From the NCBI RefSeq assembly GCF_009914755.1, contig NC_060932.1: a stretch of DNA of 64,000 nucleotides. The stretch is one strand, 5' to 3'. The stretch is from the human T2T-CHM13v2.0 reference genome, Homo sapiens. This document shows, piece after piece, positions 1 through 13,241 of this stretch; positions within the stretch are counted from its first letter, which is position 1; each line of letters starts with the position of its first letter. The notes below the pieces were generated by a model. It saw only the letters and a list, made by a program, of their open reading frames with translations, searched no databases and was not told where the DNA came from. The translations under genes and the position numbers were made by a program.

Positions 1-29
1 TATCCAAGTACAAGGTTTTCTAACACAGT

Positions 30-33
<4 letters not shown>

Positions 34-61
<28 letters not shown>
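34..61 (+). repeat. (GA)n microsatellite, about 14 units
   Basis: gagagagag... run read directly. Confidence 0.95.
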
Positions 62-63
<2 letters not shown>

Positions 64-1656
64 CAGTGCCCACACTTCAGGCTATTGCTGTAGAACCAGA
101 TGTATTAACAACAACACTAAAACAAACTTATCAATGACTCTAAATCCCTAAATATAGTTCAATGCTTTTTAAATAAGGGTGCTTTGAAGCTTAGTTTAAA
201 ATGATGCAATTAGCTAGAAGTAGCAAGGGTCCTAACTAATCTCGTTCACCTATTATAATTCACAAATGGCTTTGGTTTATTATGGGGTTTTGTTTTACAA
301 AATTAACATATAGACTCTTCAAAATGCTGATAAATCAGATCATTTAACACGTTTATTAACAGCATAAAAAAGATCTGAATTATGACATAAAAATCAGATA
401 AATGTGCTCAATATTCTGGTGAAATAAAAAACACAGGCACTTTCACACTGATTCTGTATTATATACCCAGGGCACATTACATCTTTAGTTGCATGGTGCA
501 TATAAATCAAGATGAAAGCTTAAAGAGTTAAAATGACCTTTCAAAGACCTCAGTCATTGTCTTTTTGTAAATTGATTTTCCCCATAATTCAGCTACATAC
601 ATTCCTAGTCTACTAATGAAAAAGTGCAATTCTGCCACAAATGCATCCTTTCTGCATATATATCAATAATGATTAGGATGGACGAGACACATCCTAAAGG
701 GAAAAACATTCTTCAAACAACTGGCAATACCTACACACAACTGTGGTTGCAGAAAACTGGCAGATAATGTTTCAAAACACCATCTGTGAGGTGTACAAAC
801 TCTGTGACCAAGCACAGCCTCTTCTGCCTGTCCTACCCAAATAATCCACATAAATCGGCCAGCTGGAGGATCTCTATCTGCCCTGTCTTTTTTATCTGAA
901 GATAGGAAGCTCCAAATTAGGCACAGGGCAATTTAGACAGTTCTTGAGAACAGCCGAAACAACCCTTTCCCCGGCCAGCCTTCTCCACAAGCAGAGCCTT
1001 CACTGGCAACGATCACAGAAACACTCCAGGCTCCAAAAATAATATTTTTCAGAGGAAACTGACATGCACTAAATTTCCAGGACAAGAGCTTCACTAATTC
1101 AGCAGGCTTTTTATTTTAATTAACTGATTTCAATTATTTGTCTGATGACATCTAAGGGCTGTGATTTAGGACAAGACTGAAATTCCTTGTAGTTCCAAAG
1201 CTTCCTTCACTTTCTCTGACATAAACAGCTTTTTAAAGAGATCTTATTCCAGGATTCTGCCATAATCTGAAAACTCTCTCCACAGATGAAATTTCCAGGA
1301 CACCAAGTACAGATGATAGTCACAAAATTCTGAACAGAAACAATACTTCTTACTTGAGCTAAAACCCTCAAGTAAATTACTCCGACAAACATCCGTGGCT
1401 GTACGACCCCCTCAACCTTTAAAATACATCTCCCAAATTTTAAAAGCAAGGGCTCCACACCCTGTACCCCTCCATGTATCAAGATCTTTGTGGTTCTCTT
1501 TATGCTACCTTCCAATCACACCTCTGTCACCCCCAGCCTCTTCCTGCCCACATCAGATACAACACGCTGTGGGGCAGAAGGTATTTTCCATGCATAATAG
1601 AAAGTAAGCTTTCTTCATTGGAAAAACAGAGAGAACACAGAACAGGGCTAACTCAC

Positions 1657-1663
1657 CAGGCAT
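1657..1663 (-). CDS. RUNX1T1: RUNX1T1 exon 1a coding part (MTG8a start: Met-Pro plus first base of Asp)
   Basis: Minus strand reads ttcaaggATG CCT G|GTGAGT; consensus donor at 1656-1651; matches MTG8a MPDRTEK...; A at -3. Confidence 0.92.
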
Positions 1664-2075
1664 CCTTGAATCCAGCGTACCACACAGAAAGTGGCTGTCT
1701 CCTAAAAGCAAGCGCGTTCCGGGCTCATGCCTCCTGTTCTGGAATGAGTGGCAGCAGAGAGGAGGGCCATCAGAGGGGCTGGGGCGGCATCGCCGGAGGC
1801 AGGGTGCTGGGCGCGTGCGCCTGCCAGGCAGAGACAGATGGAGAGCTGACACTCCGGATTGCACTTGGAGCAGAAATGTGGAGGATGACAGGAGCACATG
1901 TGGCCTTGAACCCAGCCCTGTCTCTTTAGGCAGAACAATGACAGGGATGTGTGTGCAAAGTATCACAACCCCTACCCTCCCCTTAGCACTCCACCTCTCT
2001 CTGCAAGTTTCAGAGCACCAAAAAGCAAAAAGTGAAATTCAGAATGATAAGCTAAATGCCGAATAATTTATTCAC
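1664..2075 (-). other. RUNX1T1: RUNX1T1 exon 1a 5' UTR (GC-enriched; 5' end approximate)
   Basis: Local GC/CpG enrichment at 1670-1920 directly upstream of the MTG8a ATG in an otherwise AT-rich region. Confidence 0.7.
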
Positions 2076-2450
2076 CACCACCCCCATCCTGTTCAAGGTT
2101 AACCCTTATTTTGCCAAAAGATAGAAATGTAGACCTGGCCCCCTACCACCCCTCACAATAAAAGGCTTCCCTTCATCTTCTCATTTTCATAGCCATAATT
2201 GGGAACTGTATTAAAAAAAAAAAGGTACAGAACTCAAAGCCTGTTTATTCAACTGGAAATCCCAAACAGCCTACAAACATTTTTATAAGACTTTGTATAT
2301 TGTGCCAGTTTATCATCCTGCACAAAGTATCAGAATCATTCCTTTTGTCAGCTTCTCAGTAGTATGTGTAAAATAGAACACTTTTTAGAAGCTGAGCCGA
2401 CCACTTTTATTTTACTCGAGTGCTTTTAACCCCCTGGGATCCCCGGGTTG
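2040..2450 (-). promoter_or_regulatory. Proximal (exon 1a) promoter region with GATA motifs and a TATA-like element
   Basis: TGATAA at 2045-2050 (+) and 2310-2315 (-); TATAAAA on minus at 2287-2281; lies upstream of exon 1a. GATA1 regulation of an ETO promoter is known, but assigning it to these sites is inference. Confidence 0.5.
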
Positions 2451-4287
2451 ATATGCTCCAAACATTTTCAGCTTACTTTCCTCTACCTTGCATAGAGATC
2501 CATGGGAGATAAAAACAAAATCTTCATTGTAAAGCCTTTTCAAAAGCTGAACAATCATGTCCTCCTGATTCCTGATTTCTTTGCACACCCCTAAATGTTT
2601 ATCCTTCCCATGAATAACACATACCCAGCCAGGTTCAATGGACTCTTCCCTATTAAGCTTTAATGGACACCATGATATATAAAACTAGAAGCCTTTGTTA
2701 TAGTGCTTTATCTAAAGCTGGCTATTTTCTTCTCAGCAGTCCCTCTTTAGTCCTTTGTAAAACATCCCTGCCTCATAGGAGAAACACACGCCTGCCTGCC
2801 TTGCATGCCTCTTCTAAACACACAACAATGCCAGGCAGAAGGAAAATACTGTTCTCTCCTAAAACTCTTTCTCAGTTTTACACTTGCAAATCTTTCCTAG
2901 GTCTGTGTTTGTTTCAACAACAGGGCACATGATGAGGTAGCTGCCTCAGGCTTTACCTTTCCATCGTATGCACAATCCACTATCAACACAGAAACAATTC
3001 CACTCAGGGTCCTCTGATCAGCCTGCAAGCTCAATGAACATGATAGACAGGAGCATTCCCGTTAACTCTTGCTATTCCTTCAGTCCTCAACATGTCCTTT
3101 ACTTACTCTACACTTTCCATATGCTTTTAGCCCTTGTCAGATGGATTTCCACACTACTTGCTATCTCCAAAAATTTCTGAAAACAGAGGCAATAACTCTG
3201 ACTTCTACCTACTCAATCTTCCTACACCTCTTCCCAAGAGTGCACACAACCTGTTTCAAAGCATACCCACACACACTCTCCGCACAAACTAAAAATATAT
3301 TCTCTTGATAAACAGTGTCAATCAATAAGAACTTCTACAGCCCCTAAATACTGTACCCAAGAAGGGCTGCTTTATCCAGCGAACCCCTCAAAAATCCATC
3401 ATTGTCAGAGACAACTTGTAAAAAGACCACAATTCATAACGATTACTCTGTTCTGTCACTAATAGTATACTGCACCCTATTTATGAGGCCAATCTTTTTG
3501 TTCATCTTAGTTAGATGTCACTTGTAATGAGGTTCTCTGTAATGGATTTCAGTACAGTTAAGCACCAAGCTCAAACATTCTTATGATAGAAAGCTTTATA
3601 GCAGGCATGAGTGTGATAATCAATTAAGTCCTGCTATAAGGGCCTTTATGGAATCCAGCATCCTAAATTAGTAGACTTTCATTTTTAAAGAGAGTATTTT
3701 TGAAAAGCCACTTAATGCTACATGCCACTGATTTTTTTTTTAGTACTATACTTATGTTAGAAAGAAAACATTTTCACAGTGGGAAACCCAACCTTTCATC
3801 AATATGCATGGTGAATCACTTCTAAAATAGAAAATCATATGACAAAATGCAATACACTTTTGAGAAAACTGGATGATATCCGGCTTTAAAATGGGGTCTT
3901 AATATCGGTACACTGCAAGTCCCTAAACCGCAGCTCAGACAATTGAACTTCCATATGCTGTGTGATTATGTATCTTTTCTATGTGTAAAAAGGCTTTTTA
4001 AGCTGTTATCTGACTACAGTAATTGCCACTTTAAATTGATCCACATCAACAAAACCTGGATCCCTGGAGATTCTCACCTAGAAGTCTGACTGCAGCGGGG
4101 CCTAGCTGAATGTGTGTGCATCTGAGACTAGTTCAGCATTTTCTCAAGAAACCAGTTTCCTCCTCTTATTCTTTAATCCATGGAGGCAAGAAAAGCAGAA
4201 CCCCATTTGGCAGTTCTCCCTGAATAGGGAAACCTGGATATGTAGTTCTACACAGTTACTCAGACAGAATAACTTTTCGTTCATAAA

Positions 4288-4310
4288 AATAAATAAATAA
4301 ATAAATAAAA
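4288..4310 (+). repeat. (AAAT)n short tandem repeat
   Basis: aataaataaataaataaataaa. Confidence 0.85.
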
Positions 4311-7300
4311 GGAGGATATGGAGCCAAGATCTCTAACATCCAAATTGTATAATAAAAATAGACAATCAATAACATGATGAATGCATTTATGCAAGTGAAT
4401 GGAGAAAAACAATACATATTGCAAAAGTTTTCTCCAGTACAAAACACTGTCATAAGGAAACATATTTTATAAAACTAAAATATATCCCAATAACAAAGAA
4501 TACATTACTCACCAATTAAGTACTTCCTCAGGAGAACCTCATCGGTTAATGTATGTCACTGAATTAAGAACACAGTCCATTTTTAAGGCAATTTTTTAGA
4601 GAGAGTCATCTAAATCAACACTTTCCAAACCAGTAAGTTTAGTCAACAACAAAATGCTGGGCTCCCACAAAAGCAAATACATAAGTTGTTTTCTGACAAC
4701 TTTAGATCATTCATTAGAAAGGCATTATGGTATTGTATGATTCCAAGGTATTTTTCACTTATGTCCACCACAAACCTTTCATGAAATACAAATTTTTCCT
4801 CTGTTCAAACCTGACTTAGCAACAGGGACCAGCAGTCTACTGACATGGGCTGCAGTTCAGGAAAGCTCTCTACATTGGTGAAGGGAGAATTTGAGTTAAA
4901 GCCTTTCCACAGGTCTTCTCAACTTTCCTCTCGGCTTCTAGCAGGCTGTTGTGATACACTGTGACTTCACACAGTGGGTATTAAGTGAGTTAATTCAAAG
5001 GAGCTGAAACCTCATTGATCCTAATTGAAAGCAATACACCCAACCAAATACTTTCCTACCCCATCTGCTCTGGCCTGCCACCAACTATTCAATACAAGAG
5101 AATTAATAGTTTCAGATATTCTAACCGACCCAATAAAGGCACTCATTTAAGCAGGGCTGCATTAACAAAGTGAAAAAACAAGGGCAAAATGGGTTCAAAT
5201 GGAGCATTTTACTCCTAGTTGGCTTTAACAAAGCTGAATAAGGCTTATTCTGACTTTTTATGTGCAAGACTTGATAAACTGAATGAGAAGGCACTCAATG
5301 ATCACCCAACGAGCATTGATGAATGGTCATTAAGACCCCCCTGCTCTTAGAGGAGACCCTTCCACAAAGTGGCACACCAGCTTGAAAGGGCAGACTCACT
5401 CATGTCCAGATTTCTCCGCTTGCTTGTCCCACTTTCAATTTCAGACCACTGGCCACCAAATGAGGCTGACATATTGGAAAATAATGTTTTATGGGCGAGT
5501 GGTAAAAAATAAAATGGAGGCATTAGCTCTGCTTTCAAATTCAAATCTGCTAGTTTTGTCAGACCCCAAAGGTTTTGATTTTCCACCCAGCTGGAAGCTA
5601 TTAGTGTTTTCTAAAGGCATCCCACTGATAAGGCAAACCTACCTAATGTGTGAGTTGTTGGGCTAAGGGAGATGGACCTCTCTTTTGGATGATTTCCTAA
5701 CTTCTCATCACTTTGACAGTCAATTAAATAGATACAACACCTAATAAAAATGTACATTAATTTGTTTCTGCCACTGAAAGCCATCTGAAACTGTATTAAA
5801 TAAAAGCCATAATAGATTGTCCCCTGACAAAGATAAATCCAATTATACTTTGTCTGCAAAAAAACACAAATGGTTTATGTTTTAGTTAGGCTACAATGTA
5901 AGATACAGCTAACCACAAGAAATAAGTGGGATAGAGGGGGAAAGAAAAAACTAAGTGAAAAAGTTCATTGAAGTATTCCATCAAGGTTAAGAGGTTATCT
6001 GTCATTTTAGCTCCCTTACATAAATGTCTGTTGTAAACAACTAAACACATTTACGCTATTCCCTCAAATATTTCCTTTGGGGGAAATGATTGGCAAGCAT
6101 TTGCACCTCCTCAACTTTCAGCCAGCCCGCAGAACTCACAAGAACTTTGCTTAGATGACAAAAGAACAGGAGACATTATTGCCATCTTAAGAATTTGAAG
6201 GGTGTATAAACATCATGAGGTTAAAGGTTTATTTAGGGCTGTCCAAGAGAGCCTAAGTGCTAGCAATGAGATGGAGTCAAGTAAAAGAAAACATGCTGGA
6301 TAGAGGAAACCTATCTTAATAGGTGATTATACAGACATTACAGACGCGGAAAAGCTTTACTGCCTCAATCACATGCAACTAGTCAGACAAAGCACTATAG
6401 AACACAGTGGCCCATGGAGGACATGCTGTAGGTCTGTTTAGAAATCCTCATCTACCAGGGCAAGTGGCAGGCTGAGAGCTAGAAGTCACAACCCCTAGCC
6501 TTCACCTATGACTTATGTAAAACTCATGGTCTCAGGTCACTTTGATTTTTGCATCTCCATCAGTTAAAGTAAGTTAATAATGGACTCTACGACTGTACTT
6601 TGAAGATTCCAATGTTAAAATATTTTAAATAATGACTTCCTAAACTGATAAACCAAATAGTCTCTATGATATTCTTTTTTCCATCTTCAATGTCTACAGA
6701 ATAAAATATTAGTGATATCATTCTGACAGTTTTTCAAGCAATATATTTGACTTTTAACTCTGGTTGAAGTACAATGTCCTCTTATACATGAATAAAAAGA
6801 TGTGTATTAGTATATTTAAGTTGTGTGTGCATTTATGTGTATGTGTACAAAAATGAAGTCTGTTTAAGACAAAATATCACACTGAAAGTAAACAAAATCT
6901 ATATCTGTAATTATTACAAATTGTTTCTGATAGTGCCAATGCCTTTAAAATATGACAATATATTGTAGTTCATTTCCACCAACTTATTTTCAACGTCTAA
7001 TATTTTAAAATTTTTTGAAATGCTATAACAGCTTTTAACACTTGCACTGATTAAATTTTATGCTATTTAAACACAAATTTTAAACATACTATAATAATAC
7101 AGTTAAAGGTAGATTCCTACATAGGCACTAGCAAGGGGTTAAATTATGTTAAAATTTTTTAAGTAAAACACTTCCTTATTAATCCACAAGCTGAACACTA
7201 GCTATGTTAACTGCTGTTTTTTTTCAAGTAAAAGCATTTCCCATAAAACAATTCCTAAAAACTATACATTTGCAATGTAAATCTGCAAATAAGTTACCAT

Positions 7301-8199
7301 TTACAGTTTTCTCATATTTTGTACAGCTACAAAAATCACTCAGGTAACATGGAAGACATCCTAACTACCCATCTCTTATTCATTTGACAAGGACTGTAAC
7401 ACTATATAGAAAACCTTTGTTTCAATGTCACCACCTCCTCATCTTGACTAATGGCGAGTTAGTTTTGTTAAAACGCAAGGGTGATGGCATATGCTCCAAT
7501 GAACTTTCCCTCCTCTCAGCAACAGAGACAAAAACCTGCAGCTCTGCTCTGTGCAGGCAGCCATCTGGACAGCTTTCCCTCAAAGCCCAGCCCACACCAC
7601 ACTGCAGGCAAAATCGGAGGGCTCGAGAGCTCTGTGGGGCTATTCATGACATACCAATTTCACATTTTCTGCTTGTACGCTTGCAACAATAAATGCTAAT
7701 GAGGACTATGAATGACAATTTTAAAGACAATAAAAAGGTCTCCAAATCCCTTGCATATGGAGACACTGTTTTCAAAACTTCACCTTCTGTTACAGAGCTG
7801 TGAGAGACTGCAGGAGAAAAAAAGAATAACCTAAGGAAAACAATAAGATGATCAAAGCACAACTGAATCCTTAAGATTTTCAGAGAAAGCAATCTGTGTG
7901 AGCCCAGCAAACAACAGATCTTACCACCGCTATGAACAACCCTATGAATACATGAGATACCTTTAATCTCACTACCTTTGCCTTCTGTAGACATGCAGCT
8001 TAATAAAAGCAATTCTTGATGAACTTGATTATATTCATTATTTTGGAGCCTGGGAATTCTAAGGATAGTATTTGTCCAAAAATAATTATAGTAATAATCA
8101 TCATCATCATACTTTGGCATAATATTTAACATTCCAGATATCTTTAAATAAATTCAAATGCAAACTGGTTCTCTTCTGATAATGTCTATTCTTAAAAAT

Positions 8200-8312
8200 A
8201 ATGCAATTGTGGGTGGTGAAATTATATACAATATTTATTCCCTATTTTTTTATTTTTCTGTATTTCCCAAATCTTCTAAAATGAGCATGTATTATATTTT
8301 GAAAAAAAAAAA
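8200..8312 (+). mobile_element. Ancient L1 (L1M-type) 3' end fragment
   Basis: gggtggtgaaattat...ttttctgtatttcccaaatcttctaaaatgagcatgtattat followed by an A-run, typical of old L1M 3' termini. Confidence 0.5.
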
Positions 8313-11300
8313 AGTTACTTTCAATGCATTGAAAGAACTGAACAAATGACACATAAATGTTTTGACCTAGATAGGAATTAAACTATTTTACACAGCAACA
8401 AAAATAAAACAAAAGATTTCCCTATAGTTCAGAGAAATTGTCTAAAGAGTGTTCTTTTCATTAACAAGGATTAAAACACTTTCAACAAAATCCACCAGGT
8501 GGAGCAAATACACAGCAATAAAAAAAAAAATCCCAGAATTTTTTTCATCATATTTTCTTTCACAGGACTTTCATCTCTAATAAATTCTCCACTTATATCT
8601 CTCCACATTGCAAATTATCAAAATCTATGCACACATACTAATCTGCCACGTTTATAAACAATTCAAAGTTACTCAAAAATGAATTTTAGTTACAATGAAT
8701 TCTATTACAAATGTTCACTCCAAAACTGCTCTATTTGTTCAAATAATACCCAGCATAGTATATTTGCTTTTATATCAATGTAAATTTTTAAATTAATGTT
8801 TTACAGTGACCCTACAGGGTTTTACCAGGCAAAAGAGAATTTAATGCTGTATATGTTGAAATACACTCAAGAATGGTTAAAGCCTATAAATCTCAATGCA
8901 ATTCCCTTACTCTATATGGAAATTTTTACTCTTACTTTCATTTATTAAAATTCTCCTTAACTGCATATACCATAATCTTATTAAAATTATGGATTATTGT
9001 ACCTTTTTTACCCATTATACCTAAATGTCCTTTTTTCATTCCTATTGATAAATTGACACAAGTCCACAATTAGTTATATGTTTTCCCTTCACTTTCCAGA
9101 GTAATTCACTGCCTCCGATTCTCTTCTCTCACAGATTGTTTTTCTTGCATTTCAGTCCACACTTACTGAGCACCCTCAGTGCAAGTCTCCAAACCCAAAT
9201 TCTTTCATTTCTGACACCACCTGCAAACCACAATTCTCCCCATTCAGTTTTCAGTCTTCCACATTTTTCTCACATTATACACTCTCTGCTGCCAAAGCTT
9301 AAAGCTACACATGGTCCTAATGTTACTATTGTTACCTGCATTTAAGAAGACTCCACGTGGACAGAACTACAAAAAAGTTGGAGCTTGAAAGAAACCTGCC
9401 AAGAGTTTGTTGGTGGAGGAGAACACTAGTTAGGAATATTGGCTGTGGCTTAAAATATATTTATATGTTTTCTTTTTTCATATTTATACTGATGTTGAAA
9501 AGAGAAATACTCTAAAAGAAATGCAGCAGGCTGATACATAAATAAACACGCACATGCCTGAGGATACACATAACACTTATGGCAGAGCTACTTACGCTGT
9601 GCATAATAGATCACGATGATGCCAGCTCCATCACAAGGCGCACCAGGCTAATGCAATTATTTAAATTATTATATATGTTTTACTGGAGTGGTAAACAAAT
9701 ATATAAAATATTGACATTACTTCCATGTGATATGCAAAACAAGTTTTTAAAATAATTCCCACCAAAATCTTCCCTGCAAAGCCCAATCTCTATTCTTTGC
9801 AAAGGACAGAATCAATTCCTTGGAGCTGTGCTTATGCACTAGGCAAAGGTATATACTGCTCTCTTTACATGCCCATAACTCCTATTAACATTAATGGGAG
9901 GCACATATGTGCATCTAAAGGGTAAATGCCCTTCAGTCTGCATGACAGAATCCTAATGAAGTAGTTGGAAAAACCAAATCACTGCACATGTAGTCACACT
10001 TTCCCCTGCCTTTGCAGGAAACACCACCACCACCACCTTTGTTTCCCAACCCACAGCAAAGACATTTCATCAGCCCACTGTGTGGACAGATTTCCTCTTG
10101 GTAAGATAAAATCCTCTTATATTCATGGGATCTCCCAAATGGCTCCATCTCCAAGCACTTCTCAGAATATTTATCCCATGTTACCCTCAAATTGGCCACA
10201 CATTACTGTGCAAATATTATTTCTCACCACCTCCAGCTTCGTCAAAGAGTATGGCCCTTCCCACAGCAAATGTCAAAGACCATATTCCAATTCCAAGAAA
10301 AGGAAAAAACATTCAAGTGCAAAAGTTCTATCACCTTTTTTTAAAAGTGGACTATTCTATTTTCATGGGCAGATGAAGATTCCAAAACCGCCTCATAAAA
10401 GCAATCTCTGAGCTACTAGCTCCACACCAGACTACTAATGAGTCTGACTGGAAAAGAGCAACACACATAGGACACTATATAATGGGAACTCAGAAAATAA
10501 GAACCCAACAAACTAAGGCCAGCCCTCTACTGGTTAACGTCTGTTGCTGCTGAAACAGATTGTTTCATAGCAAGGCCAGAAGTGTAAAATAGAGCCAAAT
10601 TCTTAGATCTTTTTTTTTTTTAATCAAGCATGTCTGTCAGTGTGGTCCACAAGGGGAGAGCAGGGGACACAGCATTGGCAGGAACCTCAAATTCCTGACC
10701 AAACCCTCTTCCACACAATGCCTCCCGAAAGAAAGGAACCCAGGGTTTGAGCCAGCCTGACGCTGGCGGACAGACAGGGCTGGCCTTGCAGGATGTCAGA
10801 GCGCCAGGCGGCTGTGAGAGATACTGGGTTTTCACACACTCCCAGCCTGACTGTTTTGCTCTTCAGGTAATTAAACAAGGAAGCAGGGCTGCTGGGTATG
10901 AGCCTGACCCCGAAGCTGCGGCTCCATGGTTCTGCATATCAACTTCCGCAAGAACTGCCCGGAGCATCAACAGAACATTCTCCTCTCACTCTCTCTCATT
11001 TCCTTCTCCACCTCTTCCTAAAGCTGACCCAGAAACAAGTCCTGCCTATAAAAACATCCAGAGAAAGGTCTGATTTTATTTGTCATAAAAATCTCTATGC
11101 TATTCCCAGTCATTACCCTCCAAATTTTAAAAAACAAAAAAGTACCTTAATGGCAGAAACTTCATAAAAATTCATATACAGCAAATCTGTGTAAAACGCT
11201 GGTATCTTAATCAAGATGGATCAAAGAAAATTGTACTCAAATAATTATAATTTTTAACATGCTTGATTAAAGTGTAAATCTTCAAATTCAAAGAAGGCTC

Positions 11301-12811
11301 ACCAAGAAATAAATGATTTTGATAGTCCAGTTTACAAATTAAACATTTGTTGTGTTACATAATTAACATTGTTATTTTAAATTTTGATAGTGGTAATTAA
11401 TGTAAGCAAATACCATCTATGATCTGGTTTATTATGTTTCACCAAAAATTTTATTTAAACAAAACTCTAAAATATTTTGTGTGTGCAAAGTCACCAAACT
11501 CAGGAATATCAAACATATCCTTTAAAAGATAAGAAAGTGGTATATTTATATACATATATATAATTAAACAATGATTAGAATCATATAAATGATATACTCT
11601 TCTTTCATCTCAAAATCCATACAGTAAAATATTGGCTGAAAGAGACAGAGACCAAAAGAGAGAAGAATACAAAAGCATGCCTGCTTGTCTGTGTTCAACA
11701 CAAAGAACATTAAATGAAAACAACTGGCATGCTGCCAAATTCCTATAGAGGCAAAGAGATTCAAATAAATTGATTTCACGCATCACACTGACCTGGGATC
11801 AGTGTGCAGTGCTACAATAAGCTCAAAGCTCCATGTGGGGTAAAGCCCATTAATGCTATCAGACCCCTCAAACATGACCAAGAAAAACTAAAAATAAGAG
11901 CAGATACTCTCTAAAAGCAGCAATTTTACTTAATAAAATAACTTTCCTCTTCCTAACAAAGATACCAATATATAAAGGTGCACAGCATCATCTATATCAG
12001 CATTTTAAAAATACCTCTTTTTCAAAATACAAATGTGGCTTTTGAAACCCACACAATATGTAAAAATTGATACTACCTATATATCCCATTCCATGATATG
12101 CATGAACATAAACAGGCACTCTTTGCAAAAAAAGTTTCCTGTCATTCTTTCCTCCCAAGCTGCTTCCTCTTACATCTTTTAGAAAACATATGGATCTTTT
12201 TAATATGTCAAATACTACACCCTTCTTAGAATTGTCCTCAATGGCTTATGATAGCAAGCTCCTCAGGCCAGACTACCACTCCTAGGTGTCCCAAATCTGT
12301 CTGGTCCCTACAATGGCAGGCATTACAGGAGAACGGCTCCAAATGGCATTCTAGAGGACCAAGCACTGTGTGTACCTTGGGTATGCTTTAAAACACCAGG
12401 TGGGAAACACAACAGCGTTCTCATTTTACCAGCTTCCACCCAAGCTGGTGGCATACCCCTTTAGTATCATTTCCCACCCTCCTGCCCCCCAGCCTCTGCC
12501 CTAACAGAGGCCCATCTCCAGGAGACCCCAGCCTGCTTCAAACTTGCTACGCAGACCAGACTCTCTGGCGCCACCTCAGGCCATTCTCACTCACAATGCC
12601 GACTGTTCAGCCATGGATAGTCCTTTGCTTTATCTGCTTCTAAATTACAACTCCAAAACTCTAAGAGCCCAATGGATTCCAGGTGTTCTAAAATGTAAAG
12701 TATGTGATTTCTGTTTTCCCAACTTCTTGAGTTTGAACCCCATATTTCTATACACCTAATATTATTACAAAGAGGAAAAAAAAATTAGGAGTAATTATTA
12801 TTGTTAGTATA

Positions 12812-13241
<430 letters not shown>

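Noticed and set aside
7644-8132. 162-aa minus-strand ORF in intron 1b
   Set aside because: No recognisable homology or convincing splice sites; composition looks like random AT-rich sequence
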